A stretch of 63,258 nucleotides of DNA, counting the filler, from Neolecta irregularis DAH-3 (lineage: Eukaryota), in NCBI GenBank assembly GCA_001929475.1. It is 11 parts of 11 records of this genome, joined end to end, with 100 filler letters (N's around TTAATTAATTAA, not from the genome) between each part and the next. Parts side by side here need not be neighbours in the genome. Positions count along the whole stretch, not along the records: positions 49,759 to 52,239 come from LXFE01002365.1; positions 52,340 to 53,878 come from LXFE01002368.1; positions 53,979 to 55,972 come from LXFE01002371.1; positions 56,073 to 57,148 come from LXFE01002373.1; positions 57,249 to 58,587 come from LXFE01002374.1; positions 58,688 to 63,258 come from LXFE01002378.1; 5 more parts are not named here. One strand, 5' to 3'. This document shows positions 50,085 through 62,589 of this stretch, piece by piece. Under the pieces are notes generated by a model that searched no databases, was not told the origin of the DNA, and saw only the letters and a list, made by a program, of their open reading frames with translations. Position numbers and translations under genes: made by a program. Positions within the stretch are counted from its first letter, which is position 1. Each line of letters starts with the position of its first letter.

Positions 50085-50298
50085 TACAAGCTTTGCCACC
50101 CGAGAGGTAGGTAGGGGGACAACGGAGGGGATGAAGGAAGCGCATGCACCGGTTCTTTTATAAGTAGGGCCTGTCTTGATTAGCAAGACAAGCCACCCTG
50201 GAGCAATAATATACGTAGTTGCCCGTATTCCTGAATCGCGGTCGTATAAACCCAGTGAAGCCTCCTGAACGGTAAGTCCGGACACCCAACGCTTACAT
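50085..50298 (+). mobile_element. Repeat family C copy ending in TTACA
   Basis: Matches 2618-2826; its 3' part and flank are nearly identical to 52126-52239. Confidence 0.7.
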
Positions 50299-50398
50299 CC
50301 ATCCATCATATCTATCTATAACTATCTATATATATCGTTTCTATCGTATACCATATCTATATCAAATCTACGGCATATTATCTAGAAAGTAGATACTA

Positions 50399-51083
50399 TT
50401 ACCCTGCAATATTTTCCTGCGCAGTCGCAAGCCCCTCGTGATCATCGATATCCGTCGCCTCCCACGGATAACATATCCACTGGTCCCCCGTTGTCTCCCC
50501 TGCCCAGTACCGGCTCTGCATCACCTCTCCAGGCAGCTCGCAGACCTTTTCCTTGTCTTTATTATGCACCACAAACACACCAAACACCGTCTCCTCCTCT
50601 CGCCCCATCTTTTCAGCTTGCGCCGATATATCTTTGCCCAGCTCAGTTACCGCATAATGAAGCGTCTGCCCTTAATTAATTTCCCTTTTTCAAAAACACA
50701 CCCGTCGCGAATCATCAACCTCGTCAACAATCAATATTCGCTTCCCAATAAGTCCTTCCGGCGACAACGTACTAAAATCCAACCACTGCGTCCGCACGAC
50801 TTCCTTTCCAGCAACTTCCCCGCTCCCCGAACAATGATCCTCATATAGCACAAGTCCAATAGCCTGGATAGGAATATTCTTCGCCCCGGGCCGTTTTAAA
50901 AATGTTCGCAGAATTCGGGCGGGTATGTATCCCCCGCCTGCTATTGCAATCATATAATCGGGTCGGAATTCATTCAATATCTGTTGAGCCGATTGTTGAC
51001 ATAATTTGTGGATCTGTAACTTAGCTTTGTCCATCCATCTTTTTTCATGCCTTTTTATAGGATACATATAATTTGGTGTCCAT
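50399..51083 (-). CDS. HPT1: Hypoxanthine/xanthine-guanine phosphoribosyltransferase, multi-exon
   Basis: YVSYKK/IHKLCQ, IAIAGGGYIPARILRTFL, VVRTQWLD, ILIVDEVDDSR.TL, FVVHNK.K.K, WICYPWE. Confidence 0.93.
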
Positions 51084-53099
51084 TTAATGCGAAGGGGAAA
51101 AAATAAAGTGCGGTGGAAGAGAAAATAGCAAAATAGTCAAGTGTGGTTAGAAATATCTCGAAAAATTCCTTCAACCTACTGAGTTTTAGTAATTTACATT
51201 TACATTTACATTTACATTCAAAGTTGAGACTGAGATTGGTTTATGTTTTTACAATTCGACAGTATTTTCCTCTAATTGGGCATGGAAATTTAGATGAACA
51301 GCCCTAATGCGGATAGTGTGGGCGGTGTTTTACTTTCCTCGCCTTTCTGCCAGATTTCAATCGCTGATGAGACTGCACGACACCAAGGGAGCTGATAAAG
51401 CAGCGGATGAGAAATCTTAGCAGGAACTCTAGATATATTAGAAGACCCAAGCCTAGTTTGTATAAATGTCCTTGAGAGATACCGGACGGTAACTTAACTC
51501 AGTCTGAGGGCTGTTGGCCAACCCGCCCGCCTGAAAAATTTGAACTGCCCACCCGGCAGCGGGCCGCCTAACCCTAATTTTTGCCGTGTCATGTTTTGGT
51601 GAACATTCCCAAAATCCCCAATTACACGATTCTTTACAACAGGCTTGTACTTGGATCGTACTAAAAATGCGGCCTGTGTCATATTGAGACTAGTGTCCCT
51701 CCTGCCCCTTTTAAGAGCAACATGAGAGTTCCAATGACCAACTCTAAGTTTACTCCACTTCTATGATTGTACTCTCCAAGACATTGAGAGTGTTTTCTGG
51801 CCTTTTAGGTAATACNNNNNNNNNNCGGATGGACCCTATCACGTGATATTCGATTGTTGGGATTTATCATGTGTTCCGCGCGAATAATAAAATCCGCGAA
51901 ATATGAAGGGAAATAACCAACACCACCACTACCACTCCAATGCTTTGCTTATACCCACCTAAATGCCTATTATCTTGCAACCGCTGCTTCTCCTCCTTAA
52001 GCCTTGCAATTTATTTGGTTCACTTTACATTAAACCTATGATTCTCATCCTCCACCAGTGTTGTGGCCGGCCATGGGCTTTTTGAGCCATTCCCAGAAAA
52101 AAGCCTATCCTAGCCCATGGGCCAGTATTCCTGAATCGCGATCGTATAAACCCAGTGAAGCCTCCTGAACGGCAAGTCCGGACACCCAACGCTTACATCC
52201 ATCCATCATATCTATCTATAACTATCTATATATATCGTTNNNNNNNNNNNNNNNNNNNNNNNNNNNNNNNNNNNNNNNNNNNNTTAATTAATTAANNNNN
52301 NNNNNNNNNNNNNNNNNNNNNNNNNNNNNNNNNNNNNNNCAGTCTTGTAACCAGTCGTTGAATGTCCCTGGTTTTTCTCATTCACTGACACTGCTAGCAG
52401 CACATGTGATAGAATCACAGTGTGAAACAACAAGGCACTTTTATCAGCTGGCAAAAAGTAATACGATTGGCTATCTAACAAGAGTGGAAATGGACCTCTT
52501 TTTTATAGCCATTGCTGGCAAGGCAGTCCTACAGGTCTAAGTGGGAAACAAAGAAAGCCAATATTGAAACAGTTGGCGGGTCAAGGATTGCAATAGCTGG
52601 GAGCTGTGGTACTTCTGACCTCCCAAGTAAGAGATCTATGATAGTAATTGAGATAAGCAGAGACTGAGAGGAGGCAGCTTGTGGGCTAACTGTCACGAAG
52701 GTAGGAATCTATGGGGTTGAAAAGTGAGACACGGTGATTGGAAAGTGTTCATTCTTTCGTTGGTGAAGTAAACTCGTGACCCTAGAAGTCGACATCCCCG
52801 GAAGTGGACACCTCCAAAAAGTACGGAAATTCCCCAAAACCAAAATTTCTCCAACACCACCTATTAAAAACGGAAACTAATGAGCAAATGGTACAATTAG
52901 ATATCACAGATTCAACACTGGATCTGTTCGGGTTGGGGTTGCAAAAGAAAACTTAATTACTAGAGCAATCCAACTCTTATTTTGCATACAAAAACTATTA
53001 CAAACCAGCTGCGTCTGACCCTTGCTTGAATTAGAATCAAGTGTCACTTTTTGTAAGTGATAATCAATTAGACCCGATTTGAGAGCATCACTGGCCTTG

Positions 53100-53760
53100 T
53101 TGCTGAATACCTTTTGGAATGATATAAGCTCGGCGGCGTATGAACAGGCACCCCCAATTGCTAGTGTCTGGGTATCTTATCAATATCCATCTACAGGATT
53201 GCAGAATGGGGGAAATAGGCAATATTTATTAAACCAAAAATACATTGAATTACAATTGTCTGTTGAACTACAACCTTGATCAGGGGCATTAACTTTCAGT
53301 AATGATATCAACATCGCCTGTCATGAGCTTCCTACCATCAACATCGCCTGTCATGAGCTTCCTACTCTTTTCCAACTGATGACTTTTGCGACTAGAACAT
53401 CAGATAACTTGTTAAATCACAACTTCATACTCATATACTGCCACCAGGTAACATTTCTGTTGGAACACATGATCCAAAGGCATTACATAGTTGATATTTG
53501 ATGATTTTGTATCAAACAGGTAGCTAATGAGCTGTAAAGAAAGAACGGCATCTCCGTGATTCGAGGCATTGTTGAGCACAATCTTCTATTGCAGGGGGTG
53601 TCGTGTAGTAGTGGACATCAGCAACAACCAGACCAGGTCGCAAATTAGCGCAATCTGTAACCTGACACCAGGCGATTGAGCATTTTCGAATTGGTCGATA
53701 TACAATGCATAGGAAAGCTTTCCGCACAGGGTGATGACAAACAAAATCGACAACATGGGT
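53100..53760 (-). pseudogene. Degenerate Cys-rich (PAN/Apple-like) secreted-type gene
   Basis: IEDCAQQCLESRRCRSF and QGCSSTDNCNSMYF patterns, interrupted by stops and by a 30-nt tandem duplication at 53307-53365. Confidence 0.4.
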
Positions 53761-54269
53761 GATTATTAGTTGGAAAAGATTTAAGGCGAGCACCTCATGG
53801 TTAAATAATTATTTAAAATACGAAAAGAGCAAATGGCTGACTCGTTTTCAACACGAATATTTCTGAATGCGGGACTGGNNNNNNNNNNNNNNNNNNNNNN
53901 NNNNNNNNNNNNNNNNNNNNNNTTAATTAATTAANNNNNNNNNNNNNNNNNNNNNNNNNNNNNNNNNNNNNNNNNNNNAGCCAGTCTCGCTAGCCTCTCC
54001 CATGGCTCGCGCCTCTCGCGAGTCCCTCCCGTCCCGCCCGTGCCTCCTCTTCTGTCCCGCCTCGCAGATGATGAGAACAAATCAAGCAAATATCGCAGCC
54101 CCTCAGCCCCTTCGGATTCATACCAATCATATCCATTCGTTTATACAGCACAGCCTAAGGATTTACACACAATAGAGGTTAGATAATATGCTTTCTTCGA
54201 TGATGCCTTTGGTTCTTGGGTATATCTTACCAACACGGCAAGGTGGCTCTTCGGGAAATATATAAAGGC

Positions 54270-54400
54270 AGAAGTTAAATATTCCTAGCCAAGTACGAAT
54301 ATTTAGGCTAGGTATGTCCCTTTGTAAGAAGTACGAATAATTAGGCTAGTTATAACACTTGGGCTTATTGTACTTCTAAGCGCATAGCTTACATGTGTAT
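54270..54400. mobile_element. LTR family G fragment (inverted)
   Basis: Reverse complement contains GGGACATACCTAGCCTAA and GTACTTGGCTAGG. Confidence 0.6.
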
Positions 54401-54661
54401 CTTACATACCTGTGCTTTATCATCATGCTAGGGGTTTTTCACTATCAAACTGATCTTTTCCATTACAGGAAATTCTTTTTAAAAGATACTCTTTTGAACG
54501 GCTTCTTTCCCTCAGAGTATTCTCGCGCTGTTGGGATATGATTAAGACGTCTTTCCGTATTTAGGAAATTTCACATTCACGAATTTCAGAGTTGAAGTTT
54601 TTAATTTACAGAAAATATGGATCTACATCTCTACAGGTCTACATCTCTACAGGCCCATGAC

Positions 54662-55419
54662 TCATGAAAATTGAGAAAATAAACCTAGGATTTGGAAATA
54701 TTTAGAGCAACGCACGTAACGGGTCTCATGTATACCAATGAGACCACCATATGGTGTTACATTTTGAAAAGAGCTAAAAGATAGGATGGTCGACAGTTTA
54801 TCCCAAGAGGCAGTTACCTTTGGGTCCAATAGAGTCGATAGTAGGTGTCTTGTTCCAGTTTGCACAGATGCCAAAACGTGTATCCCTTGAATTCGAATAG
54901 AGTTATCCCCTTATCAAAATTGAAGAGTTCCCATCTGTCAGCGGTATCTGTGAAGTTTGCGGCTGACTTAAACTCAAGCTTGTAGAGACCTGTCACGTTC
55001 TTGGATTCAACCCATGTGCCATAATGACCAGTCCTTATAACGTGAATCCGGTCATCTAAAGAAAGATCGAAAACTGCCGGTTCTTCCTTCTCGTGTATTG
55101 GCGAGAGGGATATGCTATCATCCGGGGAAATTGCGAGCGAACGATTGTAAACGTGATCCGGATCGTCATTTGGGGTGATGTCTCCAGTCTGGAAGGTGAC
55201 TAGTGAGAACGAACAACACATGGGATACATTTTGCTATCCGCGCAATCACGGCTACAGGATACGTTCGACGAAGCTGTGTTCTGCCGAATTACCTCTGCA
55301 ATCATGTCTGCAATATTTCTTTCCGAGGTTAGAGAAGAGTCATTGGATTTAAACTTGGCCAGGCCTTTCACAGAGAAAGTGTAAAGAGCGAATAGATAAA
55401 GAGTGGAAAGGAGCCTCAT
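54662..55419 (-). CDS. Small secreted Cys-containing protein of unknown family
   Basis: Signal-peptide-like MRLLSTLYLFALYTFSVKG, CSRDC and CC motifs, several N-x-S/T sequons; two small 3' exons inferred. Confidence 0.6.
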
Positions 55420-55683
55420 CCTGGAGTCCGTTTGTTTAATGGTGCAGACCAGCGAATGCCAGCTATTTTTGAAGAACCCTGAATTTTAAGGAACCAAGGA
55501 CGAAGAATTTTCTTTGAAGGGTAATAATTCAAAATAAAGATTAATTGGTTTAGAGAGAGTGAAATGCGTTTTTGTTGAGCTCGTGTTGGGGGTTTATAAA
55601 TGAATAAGGAAAGTCTGCTCGTTTGATAGTTACAGTTATTCATGTATTTAGATAATGCATAACACTCAACTTCGGTCAATTGA

Positions 55684-55766
55684 GCTCTAATGGCGCAATG
55701 GCTAGCGCGTGGGATTGCAGTTTGTCAATTATCCCAAGGTTGCTTGTTCGAATCAGGCTTAGAGCT
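55684..55766 (+). tRNA. tRNA-Cys(GCA) with a 10-nt intron (55721-55730)
   Basis: Acceptor stem GCTCTAA/TTAGAGC with U discriminator; D arm GCGC/GCGC; anticodon arm TGGGA-TT-GCA-G[intron]A-TCCCA; T loop GTTCGAATC. Confidence 0.93.
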
Positions 55767-56151
55767 AGTGTTACCTGTGCTTATGTTGTTGGTTTTCAAT
55801 TGTGATTTTTTAATTGAAATACGCTTAACAACTTCGGGGCCTCTTGCAGTACCATAAAAATAATTTCATGAAAATGAAAAACGTGAAATTTGAAATTTAC
55901 GAAACGAACACTATCGGGATCAAAATTTAAAGGCAAAACTAATGGTCTGCCAACAAATTCAATACAAGAAAANNNNNNNNNNNNNNNNNNNNNNNNNNNN
56001 NNNNNNNNNNNNNNNNTTAATTAATTAANNNNNNNNNNNNNNNNNNNNNNNNNNNNNNNNNNNNNNNNNNNNAGGAGGGCGGGGCAGTAATGGGCAGGAT
56101 AGTGAGACGAAGTGAGTAGGGGAGTAAGAGGAAGCAAGAGGGCCTTTTCCA

Positions 56152-56404
56152 TGTCACTTTGATAAACGCGATAAATCACTACAATCTATATCACGTGATA
56201 CCGCCCATTAGATCGATAGGCCGGGCTTTTCGACACTGTATAGATTAGTCCCGCCCATCTTTCTTCACATCAAAAATATCAAAGATCATAGGAACAACTT
56301 TAAGAACCCTACCCGCTACTACCCATCCATTTCACAGCAACCAACATTCACCCCATCTCCATCCTTTTCCCGACATTACCCCTTGGGACGGATTCTGCGC
56401 GACA
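56152..56404 (+). mobile_element. Probable solo LTR, family D
   Basis: TGTCAC...CGACA ends; 3' end homologous to ~49200-49251. Confidence 0.45.
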
Positions 56405-56483
56405 AGTCGTAAGATCTCAATATATCTTGTATTTACTTTTGATCTATAGTCGTATTTACTTTAGATCTATAGAGTCGTATTTA

Positions 56484-57148
56484 CTATATATCATGAATTA
56501 CAGGCGTCTCGTATATCCACTCATTCGTAGCAAGTTCTCTGTATATAAAATGTACAATATTGCTTCTTGAAGTTGTCAATATTCCTTGAGAATCAGTTTC
56601 ATATTCGAGCCTATATGGTGTGGGCTTTTTCATCGCGCTTCCATGCGGCACAAACAGTTTGAATACTGTAAACTGAAGGCCACTCGTGGAAATTATCTCC
56701 ACATAACGACTACATTCCATAAAAGCCGACTTCAATAAATGTATCGTGGCAGATGCTAGGATTTTTGCATTCCCATATTCCTTTTGGTCGTGTGCTGAGG
56801 ACATTGCAATAATACGATGGACACCCAGCTGCTTCATAACTAGTATCATGTCCTCATAGAATTTAGCAACAGGTTGCTCTTTTCCATGACCGAGACCACG
56901 AGGTTTCAATATGCTGACTACCGCATCCACATTAATTAAAGCCTTGCTTACGGTATCAATTGATAGTACATCTCCTTCGAATATCGTCAGACGATGACGC
57001 AAATCGGGAGGAATCATTGTTGATGATTTAACGACAACATGGATTTCATAGCCCCTTGCTAATCCTTGCGTACACAAGGCAGTCACATACTTTCCAATCG
57101 AATCGAGTATTAATAGTCGTTTTGGAGCTTTGATACTTTTGGATAATC
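56484..57148 (-). CDS. Atypical SDR / flavin reductase (BVR-B)-like NAD(P)-binding protein, 5'-truncated
   Basis: GLARGYEIHVVVK, IFEGDVLSIDTVSKALINVDAVVS, MKQLGVHRII, SGLQFT, SRSNIVHFI. Confidence 0.7.
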
Positions 57149-57248
57149 NNNNNNNNNNNNNNNNNNNNNNNNNNNNNNNNNNNNNNNNNNNNTTAATTAA
57201 TTAANNNNNNNNNNNNNNNNNNNNNNNNNNNNNNNNNNNNNNNNNNNN

Positions 57249-58587
57249 GCCATCATGAACTCACCTGGTGCATTGACAATCGACTTAGTACTACTTCTTG
57301 GAACCAAGTTTGAACTAGACAAGGTAGCCACGATTGAACTCCCTACCGGTATCGACCTCGCGATGCTCGTCCGCCTCACCGTAGGGAGAGTTCCAGAGCT
57401 ATTCGAGGTACTCTGTGAAGGATCTTGCTGGTCAGTTTGCATGGTCGCTGTCATGAACCCACCTGGTGCATTGACAGTCAACTCAGTACTACTGCTTGTT
57501 TGTTGTGTAACAGTAACAGAGCTACTTGCAGACTCCTGGTTGATGTTAGTAACACATTTCTTGATGAAAGACAAACCAAGTTTGAACTTGACAAGGTAGC
57601 CACGAATGAACTCGTTACCGGTGTAGCTGATGTAGAGAGAGTTTCAGCACTATTCGAGGCACTCTGTGTAGGAACTCGCTGGTCAGCTTGTATGGTCGCA
57701 GTCATAAACTCACTTGGTACATTGAAAATGGACACGGTACTACTACTTGTTTGTTGGTTAAGGGTAGCCGTCGGTGTGTCTGAGGGCAATCCAGGATCTG
57801 AAAACACTTGGCCAGATGGCAACACTGGGCCAGACGACTCGAGAGTGCTACTACTGGTAGAATGCTGCAAGATTTAGTAATATACTTGTAGAATAACAGA
57901 CCAAATTAGGTCCCGATGAGGAACCTGTTGCAGTGACATTAATGGAGCTACTTGGAGACTCCTTGTGAAAATTAGTAACTGATCACTTTGGTACAACAAA
58001 CCAAGTTTGAACTTGACAAGGTAGCCACGAATGAACTCGTTACCAGTGTAGCTGATGAAGCGAGAGTTTTAGCACTATTCGAGGTACTTTGTGTAAGACC
58101 TTGCTGGTCAGCTTGCATGGTCGCAAGTCATAAACTCACCTGGTGCACTGAAAATCGACTCAGTACTACTGCTTGTTTGTCCGCTGGCGGTAGAGGTCAA
58201 AGTCGTAGTAGATGTTGGGCTTTGAACGGATTTCGAGGTGGGCAGAAAAGATGTGAGAACACTGACAGTGACCGTCACGAATGTAGACTGACAATTTGCA
58301 TCTCCAGAAACACATCCTGGATCTGATTCTGTGACTGTAACTGACTGTGTAACCGTTTGCACTGTGATGATTTGTCCTGGCAAGGTACTGGCGACATCAG
58401 GATTCCCCGTACTGCCATGTCCATCACTAGGCTGGCCTGGTTGAGGCTCTTCTGTTACAATTCCGGGTACAGTCACAGTGACGACTTGAGAATTGGGTAG
58501 TGTGAATATTCCTGGAGTAGTGAATGTAAAGAGCGATCCAGATCCGCCCAGTCCTCCTGGTACCAACAGCGAGGCTACTGTTTCCTG
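57249..58587 (-). CDS. Ser/Thr-rich repetitive (mucin/adhesin-like) protein, internal fragment with an apparent frameshift
   Basis: Three or more units of QTSSST...APGEFMTAT.Q.DQ...QS.SNS...S.VATLSSSNL; extra A near 58126. Confidence 0.7.
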
Positions 58588-59127
58588 NNNNNNNNNNNNN
58601 NNNNNNNNNNNNNNNNNNNNNNNNNNNNNNNTTAATTAATTAANNNNNNNNNNNNNNNNNNNNNNNNNNNNNNNNNNNNNNNNNNNNGCGACTTGGCTAG
58701 GTATGAACCGCCTATCTATATTATATACTACAATTTTAATTGCCGCAATATTAATGCAAGCCTTCTTTCCGTATTAGTAAGCGTGTGCCATAGGTATATG
58801 CTTACACATGGGAGAAGGAGAAGATAGTGTAGCGCAGCAGGGTGAGGCAGATGGGGGTGGCGGAGAAGAATATGAAAAAATAATTGCTTCATACAGTCTA
58901 ATACCATATGATATGGCCCATTAGGCCCATGGGCCAGGCTTTTTCCATAGCCCAGTCCTTGGACATATAGCCCATGGATAAAGCCCGTATCTGCAACACT
59001 GCCCTGTATCCATACAATTCGATCCCCGACAGCAATACCATCAGTCAGCAGTATTCTGACTCTGCAGGATGGCTTCGTTATCATTGCAAAAAGGCACTTG
59101 GAAAGTCCTGTATTTGCTTCTTCTATA

Positions 59128-59940
59128 CTAAAAGACATAACCTATCGCATTTGAACTTCCTGGCTTCTTCTTTGTAGTTTTAATGCAATCTCGAGCAATG
59201 TGACCTCGCATACCACACTGGAAACATTCTCCGTTTTGTCGTTGCTTTGCTCGTTCACTGGTTTGTGGATACCCTCTATTGTGTTGTGCAGCTGCTGTAG
59301 CTGCAATATCTGATTCCATTAACATTGCAATTGCTACAAATGTGTTTAGAGATTTGCAGTGAATAATTTCTGGAATGCATTGGGTATAAATTGCTGGATG
59401 TAATCCATCTGCAAATTTCTTGATTGCAAACTCTTCAGAACAATAATTGGGCCCAATTTTGCGCCAGAGATTTCGAAATTCATCTGCAAACTCCTTAACC
59501 GTTCGATTGCCTTGTTTGCTATTCCAGAACTGAACTTTTGTAATGCTGATATCACTTTCCTCAATGTAATTCTCAGCAAACAAGGTAAAAAATTCGTCAA
59601 GAGATTTAATTTTGGTTTCATTTGTTTGGAACCATTTTGTTGCCGCGCCACTTAGAGAACATAATATATCATCAAATATATCATCATCTTCTTGTGATTT
59701 CTTTCGTTGTCGAGCACTGACAATTCGCTTGACAATAAACAACCAGGTATTTGCTGATGTTCCCGAAAAAACTGGTATAGCTCGATGATTTATTGATATG
59801 ATAGGACTATTGCCCCAGTCGATATCACCTTCAGGCTTGACCTTGCCTTTTGCAGCATCCAATGCTGTTACCATTTTCTTGACAGCTGCCTGCTGAGCTC
59901 GTCCTTTACCGTGAGTAATGATTTCCGAAACCTTACTCAA
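59128..59940 (-). mobile_element. Ty3/Gypsy-type gag with a CCHC zinc knuckle; no pol
   Basis: LSGAATKWF, KQGNRTVKEFADEFR, KFADGL (retrotransposon gag motifs); CFQCGMRGHIARDC. Confidence 0.85.
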
Positions 59941-59988
59941 CTCGTTTCACTAACAGTCTTTCCTGAACCAAAGTCGATTTGTAAAAGA

Positions 59989-60294
59989 TGTAACTGATCG
60001 CCCAAGGTACAAATATGACCCGGTATATTCTAACCTAGGTAATTGTACTTGGTTAGGTATGCGTAAGCCCACTAGTTTATATACCTGCTAATCCGATAAC
60101 ATCTACCACGACCCTAAGTGTAAGCGATCGCCGAAGTACGAATAAGACCCGGTATATTCTAACCTAAGTAATTGTACTTTACAGAGGCATATCTAACCTA
60201 AGTAATTGTACTTGGCTAAGTATCCCCGCTCGTTTATATACTTGCCACTCCGCCAACCTCTATCACGTATCTGGTAAGAACTTAGGTTCTTACA
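59989..60294. mobile_element. LTR family G with internal tandem repeats
   Basis: TGTAA...TTACA ends; GACCCGGTATATTCTAACCTA.GTAATTGTACTT occurs twice, plus a third partial unit. Confidence 0.7.
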
Positions 60295-60808
60295 CGGGGT
60301 GTCCAACAAGTTATCAAAGTATTAAGCAACCAAGACTCTGGCATATGACTCACCCTAGGGTTTCTGATGCCTGCAATGCCAAATACCTGAGCTCTAATAG
60401 AAGGGAGATAATTTGACGAATTTCTCTAGTGCAAGTTGCAATAGTAGCTAATTACTGTGGCTGCTGGGCTGATTCAGTGGACCCCAACTCCATCGATCCT
60501 CATGTCCAATCCGCATAAAACCGCATGAATCTCAAGTCCAACTTTATACTCAATTCAGATTTACCTATGAAATTAGCACCGGAATCAAGTCAAGTTCTGA
60601 TAACAGCAGAACTGGAGTTATCGGGCTTACTAACCTTAGGGTTAAGGATATCCGTGCCCGTAGTGTATATCGGGGAAACGACAGACCGAAATTAGGTGAG
60701 GTTAACCACTATAGATTAAGTGATGCGGCCTGTACTTCTTTCAATTTAAAGCAGGCCAAGAAACCTCTTGTCAATCGATTAAAAGTCTCTTTACACACAA
60801 TTTACAAC

Positions 60809-62589
60809 ATGGAGGATCTGCGACTCAAATGGAAACAGTCGCCAACTCACCCCAATATATATGTTCGTGATCTCCTTGGGGCAGAATTGATAGTTGATCG
60901 CGCTCACATCTGTCAAAATGGGGTATTTCACTCTCGTTCGTATAGGACTTAGATTGTAGAACTATTATCCTCTTTATCTTGTGCGGTTCCATATTGACCC
61001 AAAGGTTCTCTCTGGTGAGGATTTGCAGAGGTGTCAACTCCATGGGTTATTACAAAATCTGATTTAATTGAGGCGAATAAAATGTGCTTGGAAAGAAGTA
61101 CGCCGAAATGCTCCTCAACTCGCGATTCAAGTTTGTGGTCCTCCCAGTGGCCGCTACTTTCGGTATGAACGACCTAAATCTGAGGCCGCTGTCGACAAAT
61201 GGGTCGAAAGATCATGCCACATCTTTGAATTCGGCACTGATTTCGCATCTGTGCAAGATTTTCGAGAAGCCTTTCCTTCCGAAACACAAACCTCCTACTC
61301 TACTTTCTACCCAGCAGAATCTGAAATTGGAAAATCTCCAGATCATTTGGATTGCCGATGCAAAGCTTTCCTTAATGTCTCTCCCGGCGAGCATATCATT
61401 GCAATCAGTTGTCACCATTCACTTGTGAACTATCTTGTATCAAACCCTGAAATAATCTTCATAGAGCGATGGAATTGGAGGCGTCCAAATTTGCAGTAAT
61501 TTGATAGATGAGATTTCCTTTAATGAATATGGATCTGTTCCTTGGGATCTTGCTACCGAACACGAGCGATTAAGTCCGGCCTTTTATATACAACTAGGTA
61601 TTCGAAAGGAAGGTGAGGCTCTTCCGCCCGCTTCCGCTGCAGCTTTAGACGAGCTTATCGCAAAGATCGTTTCCTTTAAGGTACCAAGAACCATTTTGAC
61701 ACTCTCCTAACAAGCGTGGTCTTTGCAGGGCCTATACACTGACCTTTGTCCCAATGATTATTCTTATGACAAAGCTACCCCGAAGATCTACACTGAGATC
61801 ATAAATAAGGATGCAACTCACAAAATCAAACTCGCCTTCAAAGTCAAGGTTATTCGTATGAACCGGCATTATTAACAGAACCAAGGGTTATACAATTACT
61901 CAAGCATTCAATGCAGCTTCTGCAGTAGCATGCCAGACAATCCAAGTTCGGAAAACTGGTGTTGTCCCTGATAAATTTCGACAGATGAGTTTTCATCCCT
62001 GTAATATGCGGCAGCATTACCTTTCCGAATTCAAATTGTCAAAACACCACTATGAAGTTTCAATAATAAATATCCCAGGAATCTTAGTAGTTGACGGTAT
62101 CGGGGAGATTGACGATAGAATAAAGATGGAAATCTTATCTCGAGAGTGTAAGGCTTTTTGGCGAACTGATATGTGTCATGCGCGGCGATTTTTAATCTAA
62201 TAGGGCTGAATAGTACAGACATGTTGCTATGGCAACATGAAATGAATGTTAGCCTCCTTTCTAACTTATCCCCATCATTCGAGACTCCAATAGTCCCAAA
62301 ATTATCGTCAATTGGCAATGTGGACTCTTACTTCAGACTCAAACAACATGTAAAGGGTGGACAAAGCAATGGATGCTTGACTGTCTTGGAAAGCAATACT
62401 CAAGTCCGAGTAATACTTATTGTTCGGACAACACTGATGAATTAGTTATGTGGCCCAGAAGTATTAATTCATGTTACTGGTATCAACGGTGAAATATATT
62501 GGACCGCTTCATATGACAGTCAATGGCATAGTGAGAAGAGCATGAAAGAGTTTTTTGAGGAAACTAGGCGGTTGCTGCTTCTTTTCTAG
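60809..62589 (+). CDS. CoA-dependent acyltransferase (HxxxDG; Tri3/alcohol acetyltransferase-like fold), multi-exon
   Basis: Splicing joins CHHSL and SDGIG into HHSLSDG; AWKEVRRNAPQLA; LSSIGNVD; WTASYD near the C-terminus. Confidence 0.75.

Noticed and set aside
51193-51218. (TTTACA)4 as telomere-like repeat
   Set aside because: Short internal microsatellite in a promoter
51345-51425. Hammerhead or C/D snoRNA-like segment upstream of HPT1
   Set aside because: AGATTTC/GAAATCT can pair, but stem I is too short, box spacing is poor and no guide is recognisable
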